A stretch of 63,979 bases of DNA, filler included, from Thelocarpon superellum (GCA_026025795.1; 3 parts of 3 records of this genome joined end to end with filler, not necessarily neighbours in it); one strand, 5' to 3'. Shown: positions 25,471-39,300, numbered from the whole stretch's first letter. Notes: generated from the sequence alone by a model not told the origin. Program-made: numbers and translations.

Positions 25471-27151
25471 ATGGACAAGCCACAATGTGAGTGAACCCTC
25501 CTTGCTTCGCCGCCAGCCTCCGCAGAAGCCGAGCTGATCTTTGTATGACGTGCTCGCCTAGATTCCGCGGGATTCCAGTTCATCGTCAGCACGTCTGACC
25601 TGGCCGTGAATAAGCAAGACCGTAGGGCCATCCGAAGTCATACGACAAGGGCCCATGGGAAACGCCGGAAGGCTGTCCCGCTGCGGTCATGGATCAGTCC
25701 TGACCGTAGCCTTGGACTTGTGAAGGAGTCACAGCCGCTAGAGCCCCCCTTTCTTTCAGTCCCGAGTCCGACACGGATTGGTGGAGATTTTTCTGCGCTA
25801 CAATTACCCCTGGGCATCGAGCCTGCCATGGTTCAAGACCTGGTCAAACGTACGCGCGCGACCCTTTCGCCGACTCACCTCACCCGTGCAAGGGAAAGAT
25901 CCGCGGCTCACGATCTCCGCAGTCATCAACCTCGATAAGAAAGGGGTCTATCCCTATGAAGTCTGCCTCCAGGTCCATCCCGTGGAGAGGGGCTGGTTCC
26001 CGTACATAATCAGCGACCTCTGCTGTATCCACTCGATGATGTTTTCCGTCCGGGCCTTTGTGGATGGGGCTTCACCTGGCAACCAGATCAGCCGCCAAGC
26101 GGCTTTCCACTATGCTCAGACCTTGCAGCTCCTTCAGGCTCGGCTGAACGCCTTCGTGCAGGGTCAGCGGGAGATGGTGTTGTGCGACGCCACCATCATG
26201 GTGATTATCATTTTGGCCGCGGCTGCAGAGCTCACAGGGGACTGTGCGGCAGTGGAGAACCACATTGATGGACTTCTCACGATTGTCAGGCTCAGGGGTG
26301 GTGTGGGGTCTCTGAACACCCACAACAACCTGCAAGTCAAGGTCTGCAGGTATGATTCCGATATCCTTGGCAGCAACAAAAGCAGCATCCGTGTCGACTC
26401 ACCTCAATACGGTACGACGACACCCAGCTCTGACCAGGAAAGTAGGGCTGATTTGGGACTTGCGTTGCGGCTCGGGGGGCACGCCCGCCTATTTCGGGAG
26501 GGGATCGCGTGGGACTGCTTCCTCGCAGATCGTGGTATGATTCGCTGCAGCCATGCGCCTTACGAGGCTCAGATAAACGACCTCGTGGACGCGCTGGACT
26601 CGAAGCTGGGCAACTGTTGGAAAGATCTCCATGCCTTCTCTTGCATGAGCAACGTTGCCTACCAGACGACCCGCAAGCTCTCGCCCGAGACGTACAACGA
26701 GATGATGATTTCCATCCTCTACCGACTCATGCGTCTGTCGTTCGAGCACGGCTCCCTACACGAAGCGATTCGAAGCGGCCTGCTCACCTTTTCCTCGACC
26801 CTTTTCTTGACACGGCAGTACATGACACAGCCCTATGAGCATCTCTTCGATCTCTTCAGCAGTACCTTGTTCACGCTGGCTCAATCTACAAGCGTTGTCT
26901 TGCCGCCGCCGGTTGTGCTGTGGCTGGTGATCTTGTACCATGTGGTAGCCTGCCAAAAGCCCTGTCCCGGGGACTGGCCGAGCGTCTGGCTCGGCCAGGC
27001 TGTTTCGCTTACTCGGGTGAAGACATGGCCCGAAGCACACAGGATCTTGACATCCATCATGTGGGTTGACTTTGTTCATGACGCGGCGGGAAAGAAAGCC
27101 TTTGAAGCGGCCGTCCAGCGTCTGGAGACACTCCCCGAAGTCGACATTTAG
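25471..27151 (+). CDS. Fungal-specific transcription-factor-domain protein lacking an obvious Zn2Cys6 cluster, multi-exon
   Basis: N-terminal FQFIVS...RRAIRSH motif; HYAQTLQLLQARL, ENHIDGLLTIVRLRGGV...KVCR|ADL, W...ILTSIMWV typical of this family; introns at ~25487-25561, ~25849-25922, ~26350-26444. Confidence 0.7.
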
Positions 27152-27533
27152 TACGCTTCCCTGTGAAGAAGCATGTTCCGCTGGTCGATCCCGATGAGCC
27201 ACCCACGTCACGGATCCTCTGTTCCACCTCCACCTCCGCCTCCACTCCACTTCCACTTCCACCAGCTATCGAACATGTACACTCGTGCATTGAGGAGGTC
27301 ATTTGGAGTACGTCCACCTGTTTGAACCGAGAAAGGAAAAAGGAAAAGAAGTCATAGTCACATAGATGAACGATGTAGAAAGGAACACGAAACAGGGCGT
27401 AAAGGTCCAACCTGACCAACCCACCCGTCAACATCCGTCCATCTATTCATCATAGGAATCCGTCGGTCGGTCCCATCCCCAGACCCCAATCTGCACCCGA
27501 GATATCCATCTCAGTCCACTCTTCCATCATCCA

Positions 27534-28016
27534 TCAGTTCACGATGGTGGTATCCTGCTCCTCTTTCTCGACTGCCGCTTCGGCAGCGGCAGAGGACGAG
27601 GCGGATGACGCGGCCGAGGAGGCGGCCTGGGCGTCTTGCGGCGTCGTGGGGCTTGGTGCTGGGTTTGAAGCAGCGCCTCCACCTCCACCTTCATCATTAT
27701 TCCCACCGTTCCCACCATTCCCACCATTCCCACCATTGTTCCCACCTCCACCTCCGCCCCCGCCTCCGCCTCCGCCAAACAGGTCGAATAGACCGCCAAA
27801 GAGCTCCCCTCCTCTGGCTCGTACGCCCCTGTTGTTGGTTGCGAGGCTGGACGGTACGCGCACGGCGAGCGCATGCGCATGCGCACCGCTGATGCCTTGT
27901 GCCGACCCCACCGACGCAGGGAGGGCGACGCGTCGGTCGACGACGCCGGCGTCGGTGCGACCGACGGAAGAGGCGAGGACGAGCAGGACCGTTCCGAGGG
28001 CGGTAGAGAGCTTCAT
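27534..28016 (-). CDS. Small secreted Gly/Asn-rich orphan protein (160 aa)
   Basis: Signal peptide MKLSTALGTVLLVLASSVG, RR site, poly-Gly and GGN repeats, Ala/Ser then acidic tail; CACCATG start context. Confidence 0.7.
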   Translation of the reverse strand: MKLSTALGTVLLVLASSVGRTDAGVVDRRVALPASVGSAQGISGAHAHALAVRVPSSLATNNRGVRARGGELFGGLFDLFGGGGGGGGGGGGNNGGNGGNGGNGGNNDEGGGGGAASNPAPSPTTPQDAQAASSAASSASSSAAAEAAVEKEEQDTTIVN

Positions 28017-28803
28017 GGTGGGTGGGTACGTGATGAGGATAGATGTATGTGGATGAGATGACGAAGATGGTCGAGGAGATTGGGCGAAGGAAGGAAGGAA
28101 GGACAGCGCGAGTGCCCCACACTCGGCGAGAAAAATGAATCGAGTGTTCAAGCCCGGCTTGACAAGGACAGGTACTAGTAGTAATGAAGGTAAGAACGTA
28201 TGAACGTACAAAGTGTGTAGGAACAAAGGAACAGAACGCCATGGAACACCCGGCCGGGCAGTCTTAAGTATCCGTCCCATCCCGCCATCCCTCCACTCGT
28301 AGTTTGGGTCGGAAGGCCCAAGATCGAAAGGAGCGACAGGACGACGGGAGAAAGGGGGGTGGGAAGATGTCACAGCGCTGTAGAGAGATGGGCCTGGGTA
28401 TCCGCGATATTCATTACCTGCCTGCGCTTCTCAGGCGTCACGAAAGTGCCGAGCGAGCAAGGCGGGCATATCGTGACGTAATGGACCAATAACAGAACCT
28501 TCCAAAGACTGCGCGACATTCACCCTGCCGCTGTTATAGTCCGAGCAGACGCAAACTACTCCTCTGTCGCACATCTGGAACCAAGTACCGAGTTGTGCTT
28601 TTCACAACATGCTCGCTCCTGGCGCTGGTAAGGTACTGGCACAGTTGGTGTCAGAGCGTCCGGCTGGTGGGGAGGATATGTGTAGATCGTTCCTACCTCC
28701 AGCTCGCGTCTGGCTCGCTTCCAGATGGGAGGACTTCAGGTTCAATTCCGGACACGTTAATTGGCGAGATGGTGGGGATCGGATCGGCGGGAGCGCGGGG
28801 CGA

Positions 28804-28893
28804 GGTGCGGTGCGGTGCGGTGCGGTGCGGTGCGATGCGGTGACTAGTTGTACGGCTCCTAAGGTACAGCAACCAACCAACCAACCAACCAAC
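28804..28893. repeat. Microsatellites (GGTGC)n and (AACC)n
   Basis: Directly visible. Confidence 0.85.
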
Positions 28894-29771
28894 CATCCAC
28901 TACTTACGAGCAGTCACCCAGTATGGTAGTTACTTAGTTACAGTTAGGTAGCAAAACTACGCGAGATACTCGGCTGCCTTTCGGCTAGGTAACCGGCGGT
29001 GTCTAGGCCGCTGGACGGCAACTAAACTGTGGTAACTAACCAAGCGGTACGATAACTACCCAGCTCCAGAGAGGCGGGACGCCGAGTTGAGTTTGGGCCG
29101 CAGGGGACTCCGCGTGCGTGCGTGCGTATGTGCGCATATGCACAAAGTACGGTATCAATGGCACTAATCTACGAGTACCGCTGTGCGCAGGTGTGGTACC
29201 GAGACCCCGCCAATGTGGTCATCCCTTCCGTCAGCCGTCGAACGATGCATAGGGTCGCAGTGGAGATGTTCCCAATCTAGTCGTCCTGGGGCACGGTTTC
29301 CCCAGTCCCGCTTGGTGGTGCAAGTACTGGTACGACGAGCCCAAGCGCAAGGAGACAAAGAGAGACGGGCTGGTGGATTGCCACGAGGTCATGGACCCTA
29401 GGATAGCGCTGCGCCGCACTACTACGGCTCCCTGCGGCGCCGTCCGCCCCCGTTGGATGACACGGAATGCTCCTCTAGGCTGCTCTAGGGCTTACCGGGT
29501 TTCTTTAGGGCACTCCTGGAACATTCTTTGACGCGTCCCAATGGCGTCGTAGTGGCCCAATCCCTACAATGCCCCTGTCTTTTCGTGGTTTGCTCTATCC
29601 GTCCGATGTACGCCTGATAGAATCCTCCAATGCATTCCCGCCCAAAATGCCTGACGCTGAATGTGTCCTTCCCAAAATATTCGGAGTGACGCAATCGAGG
29701 GTATCAATGTCGTCACGAACTGAAAAGATGCAAGTCGTGCCTGGTTCGCGACCACGCTGTGCTCGCTTTCG

Positions 29772-31421
29772 TCACCGGGCCCGGACGATGGCGGGAAAGG
29801 TGAGGTCGTCGAGGGGAATCTCGTGCTCGACCATGATCCCGTGCTCGACCCGAATGCCATGCTCGACCCGAATGCCATGCTCGACCCGAATGCCATGCTC
29901 GAGATCCGCATCCTCTTCGCAGAGCGTGTGGAGTGGATCGTAGGTAGAGGGAGACCTCGAGGTGATGGTCGTTGGCGCCTTGAACTTCTTCGGAGACTTG
30001 ACGTTGCCGAATGAACCATTGCCCACCAGTGTGGCCGACCGCTCGCTCGGGATGGTGCCGTGAGGTCCCATGGTGCTTCGCCTGTCCCGTCTGGCCCAGC
30101 ACGGCGTGGGGCATTTGCGGAGCAACGGCCGCAACGTCGGCAGACAGGCGCACACGGTGCCCAGCGAGACCTCGCCCATGGTCCAATAGGCCGTGTTGGC
30201 AAAGGTCCCTACAGGTACAGGTCAGCCAACATGGCCGCAATCCCTCCCGCTCTTCATGCAACGCGGAAGCGGGAGCGGAACCTACAGGAACGATCGCTGT
30301 CGTCAATTTGCCGAAAGGCAATCATCCGGAAGATGGTAGTGACGCAGACGCTACGATACCCCACCAGTTAGCACGTCTCTCACGCCCGTTGCGTCCGGCG
30401 TGGGGCCCGGCGACGGCCAGGTTGCCACCACGTACACGCTACCTAGGGCAAAGATGGCTGAAAGCGCATATTTCTGTCGTCTCGACACTTGGAGGCTCCA
30501 GATGATCGGCAGCGGCATCACGAGGATGGCAAAGTCCGAGGTGATGCTCATGGCCGCGTGGTAGGTCAACGCGCCAAACTCATTGACGCAGTTGGCCGGT
30601 AAGCTGAGGTCCCAGAACCCGCGGACCGGCGTGCACCAAAAGATCGAGATCGTACATCCGAGGATGAGTTGCGCGATGGAAAAGGCAAACACGATCTTGA
30701 CCGCGATCCGGAACCAAGGCACGGGAAAAAGGCGGTAGTACAGGAGCAGGATGGAGAATTTGATCATGGGATAGGTGGCGCAATAAAGGATCTGCGTGAT
30801 GTACTGATACTACACGTGGCGCCGTCACCGTCAGCCATCATCCGTAGCCGAGGGAATGGGGAGGATGGGAGGATCGGGAGGGGGGAAGGATGGGGAGGGG
30901 GGAAGGATGGGGAAGGGGGGAAGGATGGGGAGGAGGGGAAAAGGACAGCCAACCTTCAGCGCGTCTTCGAGCTGGTCAAAGGTCAACGACAGCTGGTGAC
31001 GCCCCAGGCCCGGCGTCCATGCTGGCGGAGCAGTCACGCATCAATACCTGCTACGGGCACGAGAGGGTGAGGGAACATACTCGACATGCCCAGCGGAACC
31101 CACGAGGCGTAGGTGAGGAGCTACAAGTCCGGGTCAACGGACGCACAAGGAGTGACCGGAAGCCGCGCCGATGGGACGTACGAGAGCGACCATGATGGTA
31201 TAATCATCCGCCTGTAAGCGCGTGCCCGCCACTCTCCGGGCCCAGAGACGCAGCGCGACGGCCACGGTCGAGACGGTGGCCGACAGGATGGTGACTAGCT
31301 TGAGGCCCATCGTCTTGTCCTCATTCTTGTGCAGCAGCTGGTATTGCAGCGAGGCCAGACTGGCCGAACCATAGAATTCCGCATATCGAGATGGATCGAT
31401 ATACTGGCCGGACGTATCCAT
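29772..31421 (-). CDS. PTH11-like integral membrane receptor (fungal rhodopsin-like domain, no CFEM seen), multi-exon
   Basis: VALRLWAR...LQADDYTIMVAL, GLGRH, IKFSILLLYYRLF, FWCTPVRGFWD...C, DFAILVMPLPIIWSLQVSRRQK, YWTMGEVSLGTVCACLPTLRPL. Confidence 0.88.
29823..29901 (-). repeat. 18-bp coding tandem repeat (EHGIRV)x3 plus variants in the receptor C-tail
   Basis: Unit TGCTCGACCCGAATGCCA on the + strand. Confidence 0.9.
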
Positions 31422-31828
31422 GATGAGGATGGTGATGTGGTCACGATGCGCGCACCTCGGGCCGGGTCAGACCACGTCTGACGCCGCTCTGCACGGAGAG
31501 GGCACCTGCCATTTGATATACTCCTACGTGACGGTGCGCGCGCGTCGCGGGACAGCGACCCAGCCATGGGGGCCGGCGCGCAGCCCATCGTGGTACAACG
31601 TGCCCTGAACCACGCCGCACCTGGTAGCGAGGCCGCGGCGCCGCTGGGTCTGGGCACTGCAGGCCTGGACGAGCCCGTCTGGACGCCGGCATGGCAACAT
31701 GGCGTCAGAGGGGTCAAGAGATGGCCTAATGTGTGAACAAGGGACCGTGGACCTTCGCGACCAATGGGCACGAGCCACCCCCGGTCCGGGGCGTCCCGGG
31801 TCTGCTGAGTGGGTGCGATGAGTGCAGA

Positions 31829-31930
31829 GGGAGCAGTGGGAGCAGTGGCAGCAGTGGCAGTAGTGGGAGCAGTGGGAGCAGTGGGAGCAGTGGGAGCAGT
31901 GGGAGCAGTGGGAGCGGTCGGAGCAGTGGG
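31829..31930. repeat. 9-bp minisatellite (GGGAGCAGT)n, about 11 units, upstream of the PTH11-like gene
   Basis: Directly visible with a few variant units. Confidence 0.9.
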
Positions 31931-33378
31931 GCCAGTGTGTGCGCAGTCGCGGTGCACCAACGACAGGACCGAGGGCGATATCCATCCCAGAGGCGCGGCA
32001 CAGCAAGAGGGGGATCGTGCCGTGCTATAGAAGCCCACTTAAGATCCCTCAGCGGATGTCATGCATGGAAAGGGCGGACCGGAACGGTCAGCACATCGCC
32101 GCGGTCGTGGATGCCCTGACCCTCACGCCTCATCGGACGAGGGCGACGGGCGTGTACGAGCACGCAGGCTCCCATCGACCGCTGCGGTCAAGGTAGGCGA
32201 CGACTCGGGCAGCGGTGGTGCCAGGACAGGGCCTAGTTTAGGTAAGGGCTCGCCTAGGCCGGAGGCTAGCAGGCCCAAGGTGCGGGACGACTGTGCCGCG
32301 GCGGTGCGCCAGGGCCTGCGTCGAGACCAAACCAAAGCAGATGTGCATTAGACTGGCACCACTGGCCGGGGTTGGTGCATCGTGAATTGCTTTGTGCTTA
32401 CCTGCGCAGGGAACACGATAACATATCGCACGTTCCGCGACCCCCGCTCCAACCAGATCCACCCATCTCCTTCGTCCTTGAGCATCCATGTCCATCGCGA
32501 ACGGACCCAGCTCGGGTCAGGAAACGCCCGCTCTAGGGGGTCCGCACCTACGCCTCGTACTGGGACGAGTACGGACGGGGTGTGTCTCGTTCCCAATCCT
32601 ACGCAAACGCCGACCTGCCTCCACAAACGAACTAAGCGACTCCCTGCGGAAAATGACCTTGACCCTGACCCTGCCGGTGATCACGAATCTCCACTGGGGG
32701 CCAAATCAGTCCCAGCCCCTGGCTTCGCATCCAGCCCGCCGGAGGCACACGGTGCGCGCCCCACCAAAGACGACTGAACGCGATCGGTGCGACCGGTAAT
32801 CCCGGAAGTGTCGCAGTTGTCGACCAGACGTTTGTGCTTGCCGAGATGCCCGTGCGCTTCCGGAGATACCCGCGATGGCTGCATAAGAACGGCGTTGCAT
32901 CACTCCGTGAGGCGGACCAGTGGCCCTCCGCCCCCCGGGAGCCCACGCCCTCCTGGGTCGTCGTCACGTGGGTCAGGTCAGGTCAGGATGTACCTGCATC
33001 TCGTCCATCGTAACTCGAACTCCGACAGAAATGGGGCTAATGCGGTGACGAAGTCGCCAGGTCAGATGACAAGAGGCATAAGATATACAACAGTCGCGTA
33101 AACATCCACAGGCGCCGTCCGCCATCACTGGCACCACGATGTACATGTTCGCGAACGGCCGAAAGAGACGACGTCCTAAACACCCCGGCTCCGTCATAGG
33201 CCATCGTTGTCCCGTAATCCCCAAGCGCCGCGCCAACGAGCACGAGAACGCACAAGTTAATCATGCACCCCACCGACCGTCATATTCGCCAAATGCCAAC
33301 GGATCAGACGGAACGAAGCCCCAGCCAGAAGGAATCAATCGCCCTCGAGCCCAGACCCCCTCACCACCACAATCCAGA

Positions 33379-36300
33379 TCACAAGTCTTTGAGATCGATG
33401 CCCAGTTGGGCGGCGATGCTCCGCAACTTGGCCTCTTTCTGCTGAATCTCTTTCAGGTGGGCCATCTTGTCGTCCAGGCGGCGGTGCACCTCGCCCATCG
33501 GCTTGGCGAGGTCGAGCAGACTCCGCACCGACTGGAAGGGCGTGTCGAGATGGCGCATGTACAGCGCGGTAGAGCACGTCTATCGCCGTCAGCCACCCGT
33601 GGCACAACATCGGTCCCCGCGCTCATACCTCGACCCGCGACACCTGGTGCTCCACCAGATTCAGCAGGAACCGGTCCGTCACCTCGCCCCCCCGGTTCTT
33701 CATCCGCTCCAACACCGCCGTCTCGGGCGCCTTCAGCTGGCTGGACTGTGGGTCCTCCAGCGTGCTACACAGCATCTCCAGCCGAAGCGTGAGATTCCAC
33801 AGCTGCCACACGGCTTCCGTGTCGATCGTCAGCTGGCTCTCCTTGCTCAGCGTCGCCGGGCTGTTGGCCGCCTGCGCCGCTTCGGCGTCGGCCCGCTGCT
33901 GTTGCGCGATCACCCGCCCCGCGAGCGAGTGCGGATAGACGAGCGAGATGTACTCGGGATTCTCCAGCCCCTTGAGCCGCCGCTCGCCCAGCTCCTTGAC
34001 CTCGAAGCCGAGGAGGCCGAGCGAGTTCAGCTCGCGCCGGATCGCCTGGCCCAGCACGTCGTCGTTGAGCGTGTCCTCCGACCCGGTCGAGTACGACCGG
34101 TCGCTCTCCTGGTACGTCTCCAGCGCGCGGTGAATCTCGCCGATGAAGTCCGACGACGCCGTGATCTGCCCGCCGTCCGCCACCGACGAGATGCGACTGG
34201 CACGGTTGACCATCGGCCCAAAGTAGTCCATCCGCCGCGTGATCGGGTCCGGCTCGCACACGGGCACGCCCCAATGGATGCCCATCCGCACCGAGAGTCC
34301 GCGGTAGATGACCTGCCCGTCGGCGTCCAGCACCTCCTGCCCGTGCACGCTGTTCAGCACCTCCGACGGCCACGCGATATCGAGCAGGTGCGTCTGCACC
34401 GAGAAGCACCAGAGGAGCGCCGACGTGGCCGTGGGAAAGGAGACCATGAAGGCGTCGCCTTCCGTCTTCACCTCGTACCCGCCCACGATCCGGAGCTGCC
34501 GCCGCATCACCTGATTGTGCATCTTGATGGCCGACCGCATCGACAGCGGATACGTCTCCCAGAGGAGCGTCGAGTTCTTGATGTCCGTGAAGACCATGCT
34601 GACCTCGCCCGTCGGCGCCTCGATCTCCTGGTCCAGGCGCGACAGGTTCGAGTCGTCCACCCCGTCCTGTTTGCGCTTGCCCCGCTTGATGGGGAAAAAG
34701 GGCTCGTCCGACAGGCCCGACGGCCCCATGGACAGGCTCTGCGCCCGGTAGCGATTCCGCTCGCGCTTCTTGAGATCGCTGACGCCGAGGATCATGATCA
34801 TGATCTTGCCCGTGGCGCCAAAGGCCATGGCCAGATCACGGAGCTTCTGCGCCGCCCGCATCAGGTCGCCTCGCTCCGACCGCGCCACGTCCACGACGAC
34901 GTCGGGCGTGAGGTACTCCCACAGCTCCTTGGACGCGATCAGGATCATCTCATCCTGCTCCTTGAGGCTGATCTGCGCAATGTGAGGCGCCGCCTGCACC
35001 GCCGGCATCAGTTGCACGTAGCCAAACGCGCGCGACACGTCCAACACGTCGTTGAGCTTGCCGTGCCGCGAGACGTAGCCGCCCGCATCGCGGATCCGCT
35101 GACGCTCGTCCGGCCGCGTGGGATCGTGCTTGCACGTAATGATCCGGTGGCTCCCTTCGGACTGGATGAGGACCGCCTGCGCGTCCCCGACGTTGGCCAC
35201 GTACAGCTCCATGCGCTGCAGGAACATCACCGTCGCCACCCCGCCCGAGTGCAGGTCATCGGGCGTCAGCACCGTATTGGACACGGATCCGCGATGCGCC
35301 AGGTGCCGTGCATTGGCCTCCTGCACTTGACCGGCCGAGGACGCGAGGTCTTTGTTGAGGTTCAGGAAGGTCCGTCGGAGCGCGTCCACCGGCGTCTCCC
35401 GGTCGGTCTGGAGGCGCGACATCTCTTCCGTCAGGTGCGCGCCAAAGTTCTCGTGCAGGAAGCGCGCCACCTTGGACCCCCCGCTCGAGAGCGCCTCGCC
35501 ATCGAACATGCCCAGCAGCGTCTCGGCCTCGTGCCCACCGAACTTGGGCACCACCATGTCGATCGTCGACAGATGCTCGTTGCGGCCCAGCGTGTCGGCC
35601 ATGCCGTACGTCATGCTGCCCGCGAGCGAGCCCGACGTCCGCACACGCCGATCCTCCGTCTGATCGGGGATGGAGGGCACCATCAGCGTCACGTCCATCA
35701 GGCCCAGCACGCGCAGATGATGCAGCGACGTGAAGTTGGTCAGATCTTCCTTCTCCCGGTCGTTCCCGTACGACGTGGTCGGCTTGATCTCGAGCTTCTT
35801 GTTGCCCGACAGGTTGAGATATTTGAGATTGTGATTGTAATTCCAGTTCCAGTCGTACGGCCAATTCGAGACGTTGTATTTGAGCGCGTTGCTGCCGCAA
35901 TCCAGCACGGCCAGTTTGTCGACCTTGCCCAGTTCTGCCGGAAGGACCTGGAATTTGTTGCCGTTGAGGTGCAGCACCTGCAGCTGGCTCTGGCTCTGAA
36001 AGTCATCCGCCGGGAGCGACGTGAGCTCATTGCCCGACAGATAGAGCTCGGCCAGGTGGGGCCATCGCGTCAACGAGTGTTGCGGGATATCGTAGAGCTC
36101 ATTGTACGAGAGGTTGAGGAGCCGCAGTTCGGGTAGCATGGCGATCTCGTCAAAGACCTCGTCGTTCAGTCGGTTGTCGGCCAGGTACAGATGCCGCAGC
36201 GCGCCCGCAAAGGTCGTGTGGACCCGGGCGGAAAAGCTAGAGTCCTTGCGGGTGGTCGAGGTCGGCGTCGCCGTCCCCTCGGACAGCTGGCGCGACACGA

Positions 36301-39300
36301 CCGAGGCCTTGCGCCCGCCGGGACCGTACACCGACACCAAGGAGCCCTTGCGTTGGGACGAAGTGGGCGTGCTTCCAATCCCGAGGAGGTTCCCCGACGC
36401 TTGGCTGGGCCGACGCGTCCCCACCGAGCGCAGGTCGCCCAGCTCCTCGAAGCTCGGGCTCGAGGAGAGGGCCGGCGTCGTCGTCGTGGGAGGGGCGTAG
36501 GCGGAGGCGGCGCTGGGGTGGACCCGCGGCGACTCGCCGGGCACCGCGGGTGGGGTCGCGCCGGGCTTCGGAAACTCCTCGAGCACGTTGGTCGACACGT
36601 TGAGCGTGTCGAGGCGCAAGCAGCACCAAATCTCCGCCGGCAGCTTCTTGAGGTTGTTCTCGCGCACGTCGAAGAAGCGCAGGCTCTGCAGGCACCCGAT
36701 CTCCGCCGGCAGGCTGCTCAGCAAATTCTTCGCTAGGCTGAGATGCTCCAGACGCCGGAGCTGCCCGATCTGCGGCGTCAAGGTGACGAAGTGATTCTTG
36801 TCCAAGATCAGCTTCTCCAGGTTCGGAATCTTCTCGAAGAGGTCGTCCTGCAGCTGCGCAAGCTTGGCGCTGGAGAGGGTCAAGGTCGTGAGACTGGGCA
36901 CGGGCAGGGTGATGTCGAACCGGGTGACCGGGTTGTTGTTGAGCTGTAGGGTGCGGATCCGGGTAAAGGAGCCCTCGAAGACGGAGATGGAGTTGTACCC
37001 CGCCATGAACTGCTCCAGACTCGGGAGTTGGTAGACGACGTCAATGTTGGAGAGGCGATTGTGACGCACGTCCACCTCCTTCAGGCTCAGGAGACAGCCA
37101 AACGTGTCGGGGAAGGCGCCCGAGAGCCGGTTGTTCGTCGCCAGCAGGCGCTCGAGCGAAGCCAGATGTCCAATCTTCTGGGGCAAGCACGCGATGGAAT
37201 TAAAGCTGATGTCGAGGTCGACGAGTGACGTGAGCTCGCACAAGAAGTCGGGGAAGGCCTCGAGACAGTTGGAGGAGATGTTTAGGTTGCGCAGGTACTT
37301 GAACTGGGTGAAGAAGGACGGGATGGCGGAGATCATGTTGTTGGCGAGCTTGATGCTCAGCAGGCTCTGCAGCTTGTCCAGTCCCGCGTGCTCGATGCGC
37401 TCCAACCGGTTGTGGGAGATGTCAAGGTAGGTCAGCCGCGTCGCGTGGCCGAGGCTCGGGGGCAGCTGCCACGCCTCGTTGCCGGTGTATTTGATCTCGC
37501 GCAGGTTGATGCAGCCCTGGATGAAGTCTTTCGGTACGTTGATCGAGAGGTTGCGCGAGAGATTGAGCGAGATGATCTCGGTGGACTTCTGATAGAGAGC
37601 GATGGGGATGGCAGAGAGATTGCGGCCCGACAGGTTGACGTGACTGAACTTCTGCATCTTGCCCAGATTGTGATCCTTCTCGTCGGTGTAGAACTTGGGC
37701 ACGAACGTGAAGCGACACAGATAGCTGTTGTCCTCGCGCCCGATCTCGTCGATCCGGTCCGTCTCGGTGTATCCAGCCTGCTCGAGGAAGCGCTTCTGGA
37801 TGACGATGGGCCGTTCCCCTCGCTGCAGGACCCGCTGGAGGTCATGCTTGCGCATGACGATCTGGTAATTGGCCAGGTTGTCCTGCAGAAAGGACTTTTT
37901 GCCCAGCTGGCGGAGAAGCTCCTCGACCGTGCTGTTGAGATTGGTGGAGAGGGTGGCAAATGTGGAGTCGACGCGGAAGATGCGTAAGCAGAACGGCGTG
38001 CTCAGGTCGAGCTCACGCGGAGGCACGCCGGCGTCGTCGATCTCGCGGAGCCGCGTCATATTTTCGTCCGCCACCTTGTTCACGGCCCAGCTGTCGGGCG
38101 CGTTCCAGTCCGCGCCCCCCGCCGCACCACTCGGATCTTCCAGACTCTCGGCCACCACCTTGACCGGCTCGTCGCCTGGCGTGAGGCCGGTGAAGATCCC
38201 GCCATCCGGCGGGGTCATGGGAGGTGGCTGGCTGATGATGCCATCCATGCGAGTGAGATCCGTGTCCAGATGGAAGGTAGATTGGCTCTCAACCGAACCA
38301 TTACGCTCGGCGCTCGCCTCCTTGCCCCCCGACGGATCTGAGGCGGAGCCCCGCTTAGCCCCTTTGGGTTTGCCGTGCCCGAGGTGGAGCTTCCGGTGCG
38401 AGGCGTGGTCGATGCCGTTATAGTCGCGCGCGCCGTACCCATTCTCCAGCGCGGTACCGCCGCTCTGGTCCTTACTCCTGCCGAGCCCGAGGCCGATGCC
38501 GATGCCCAACGGGGTGGAATCAACCTTGGCCATTTTCACTCCCTTCAAGGAATCCTGGAGAGACTTGGTGGACGGCGGCAAGTGTTTGAGCGCGTCGTGC
38601 TCATCACGGTGCCGACCTCTCTTCGTGAACTTGTCGAACAGCGAGCGCTTCGTGGCGCCGATGGGGGACTTTTGAGTGGCGAGGGAGTCTCGGCTCATGC
38701 CGGTATAGGAGCTCGGGGTAGGGCTGGTGGGCGGGAGGGGGTATTTGGCGGTAGAGGTGGAGGAGGAGGAGGAGAGGGTGTCGGGAAAACGTCGTGAGCT
38801 AGTGCTCGTGCCAGAATCCTCCCTCCTCGCCGGAAGTGGGCGTGTGGCATGGTCTCTTGTCAGGTCACGCGTTGTTGGTAGTGCGCCGTCCTCCTTGCTC
38901 TTCAGGCGACGGTGACCGGGAAAGTGGAGTTTATGGGGGTGGTGGGGATGCGGTAACTGTTGGGAGTGGTGGGAGGACGTGGTGGAGGAGGCAGCAGACA
39001 GACTGGCTCGGTCATTCTCGGCGTAGCGTTGTTTGTCTCGTCCGGAGAGGACCTGCCGTACGGGGGCATCGCCGTACAAGGGAATATCCTAGGGACGTGT
39101 GAGCCGGTCTCAGTCCGGAACAGATCGGGCGTGCGTGAGGGCATGCGGGGAGTGAGGGGAGTGCGAGTATTCCCCGCCGCCTTGTGAGGAAAGCACGACT
39201 GGTCGTGTGGAGGGGGAACGGGGGCCCGCCACATCGCCACCTCGCCTCGTCCAGTCATGTGCTCCCGGAGGCGGCAGGAGGAGGGTTTGACGGGCACAAG

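Noticed and set aside
31295..32119. ORFs with PTA/HCS/LPL/GSS repeats
   Set aside because: Translations of the 9-bp minisatellite; no other coding signal.
33467..36136. 889-aa + strand ORF antisense to adenylate cyclase
   Set aside because: Shadow ORF caused by strong GC3 bias; Arg/His/Val-rich with no domain.
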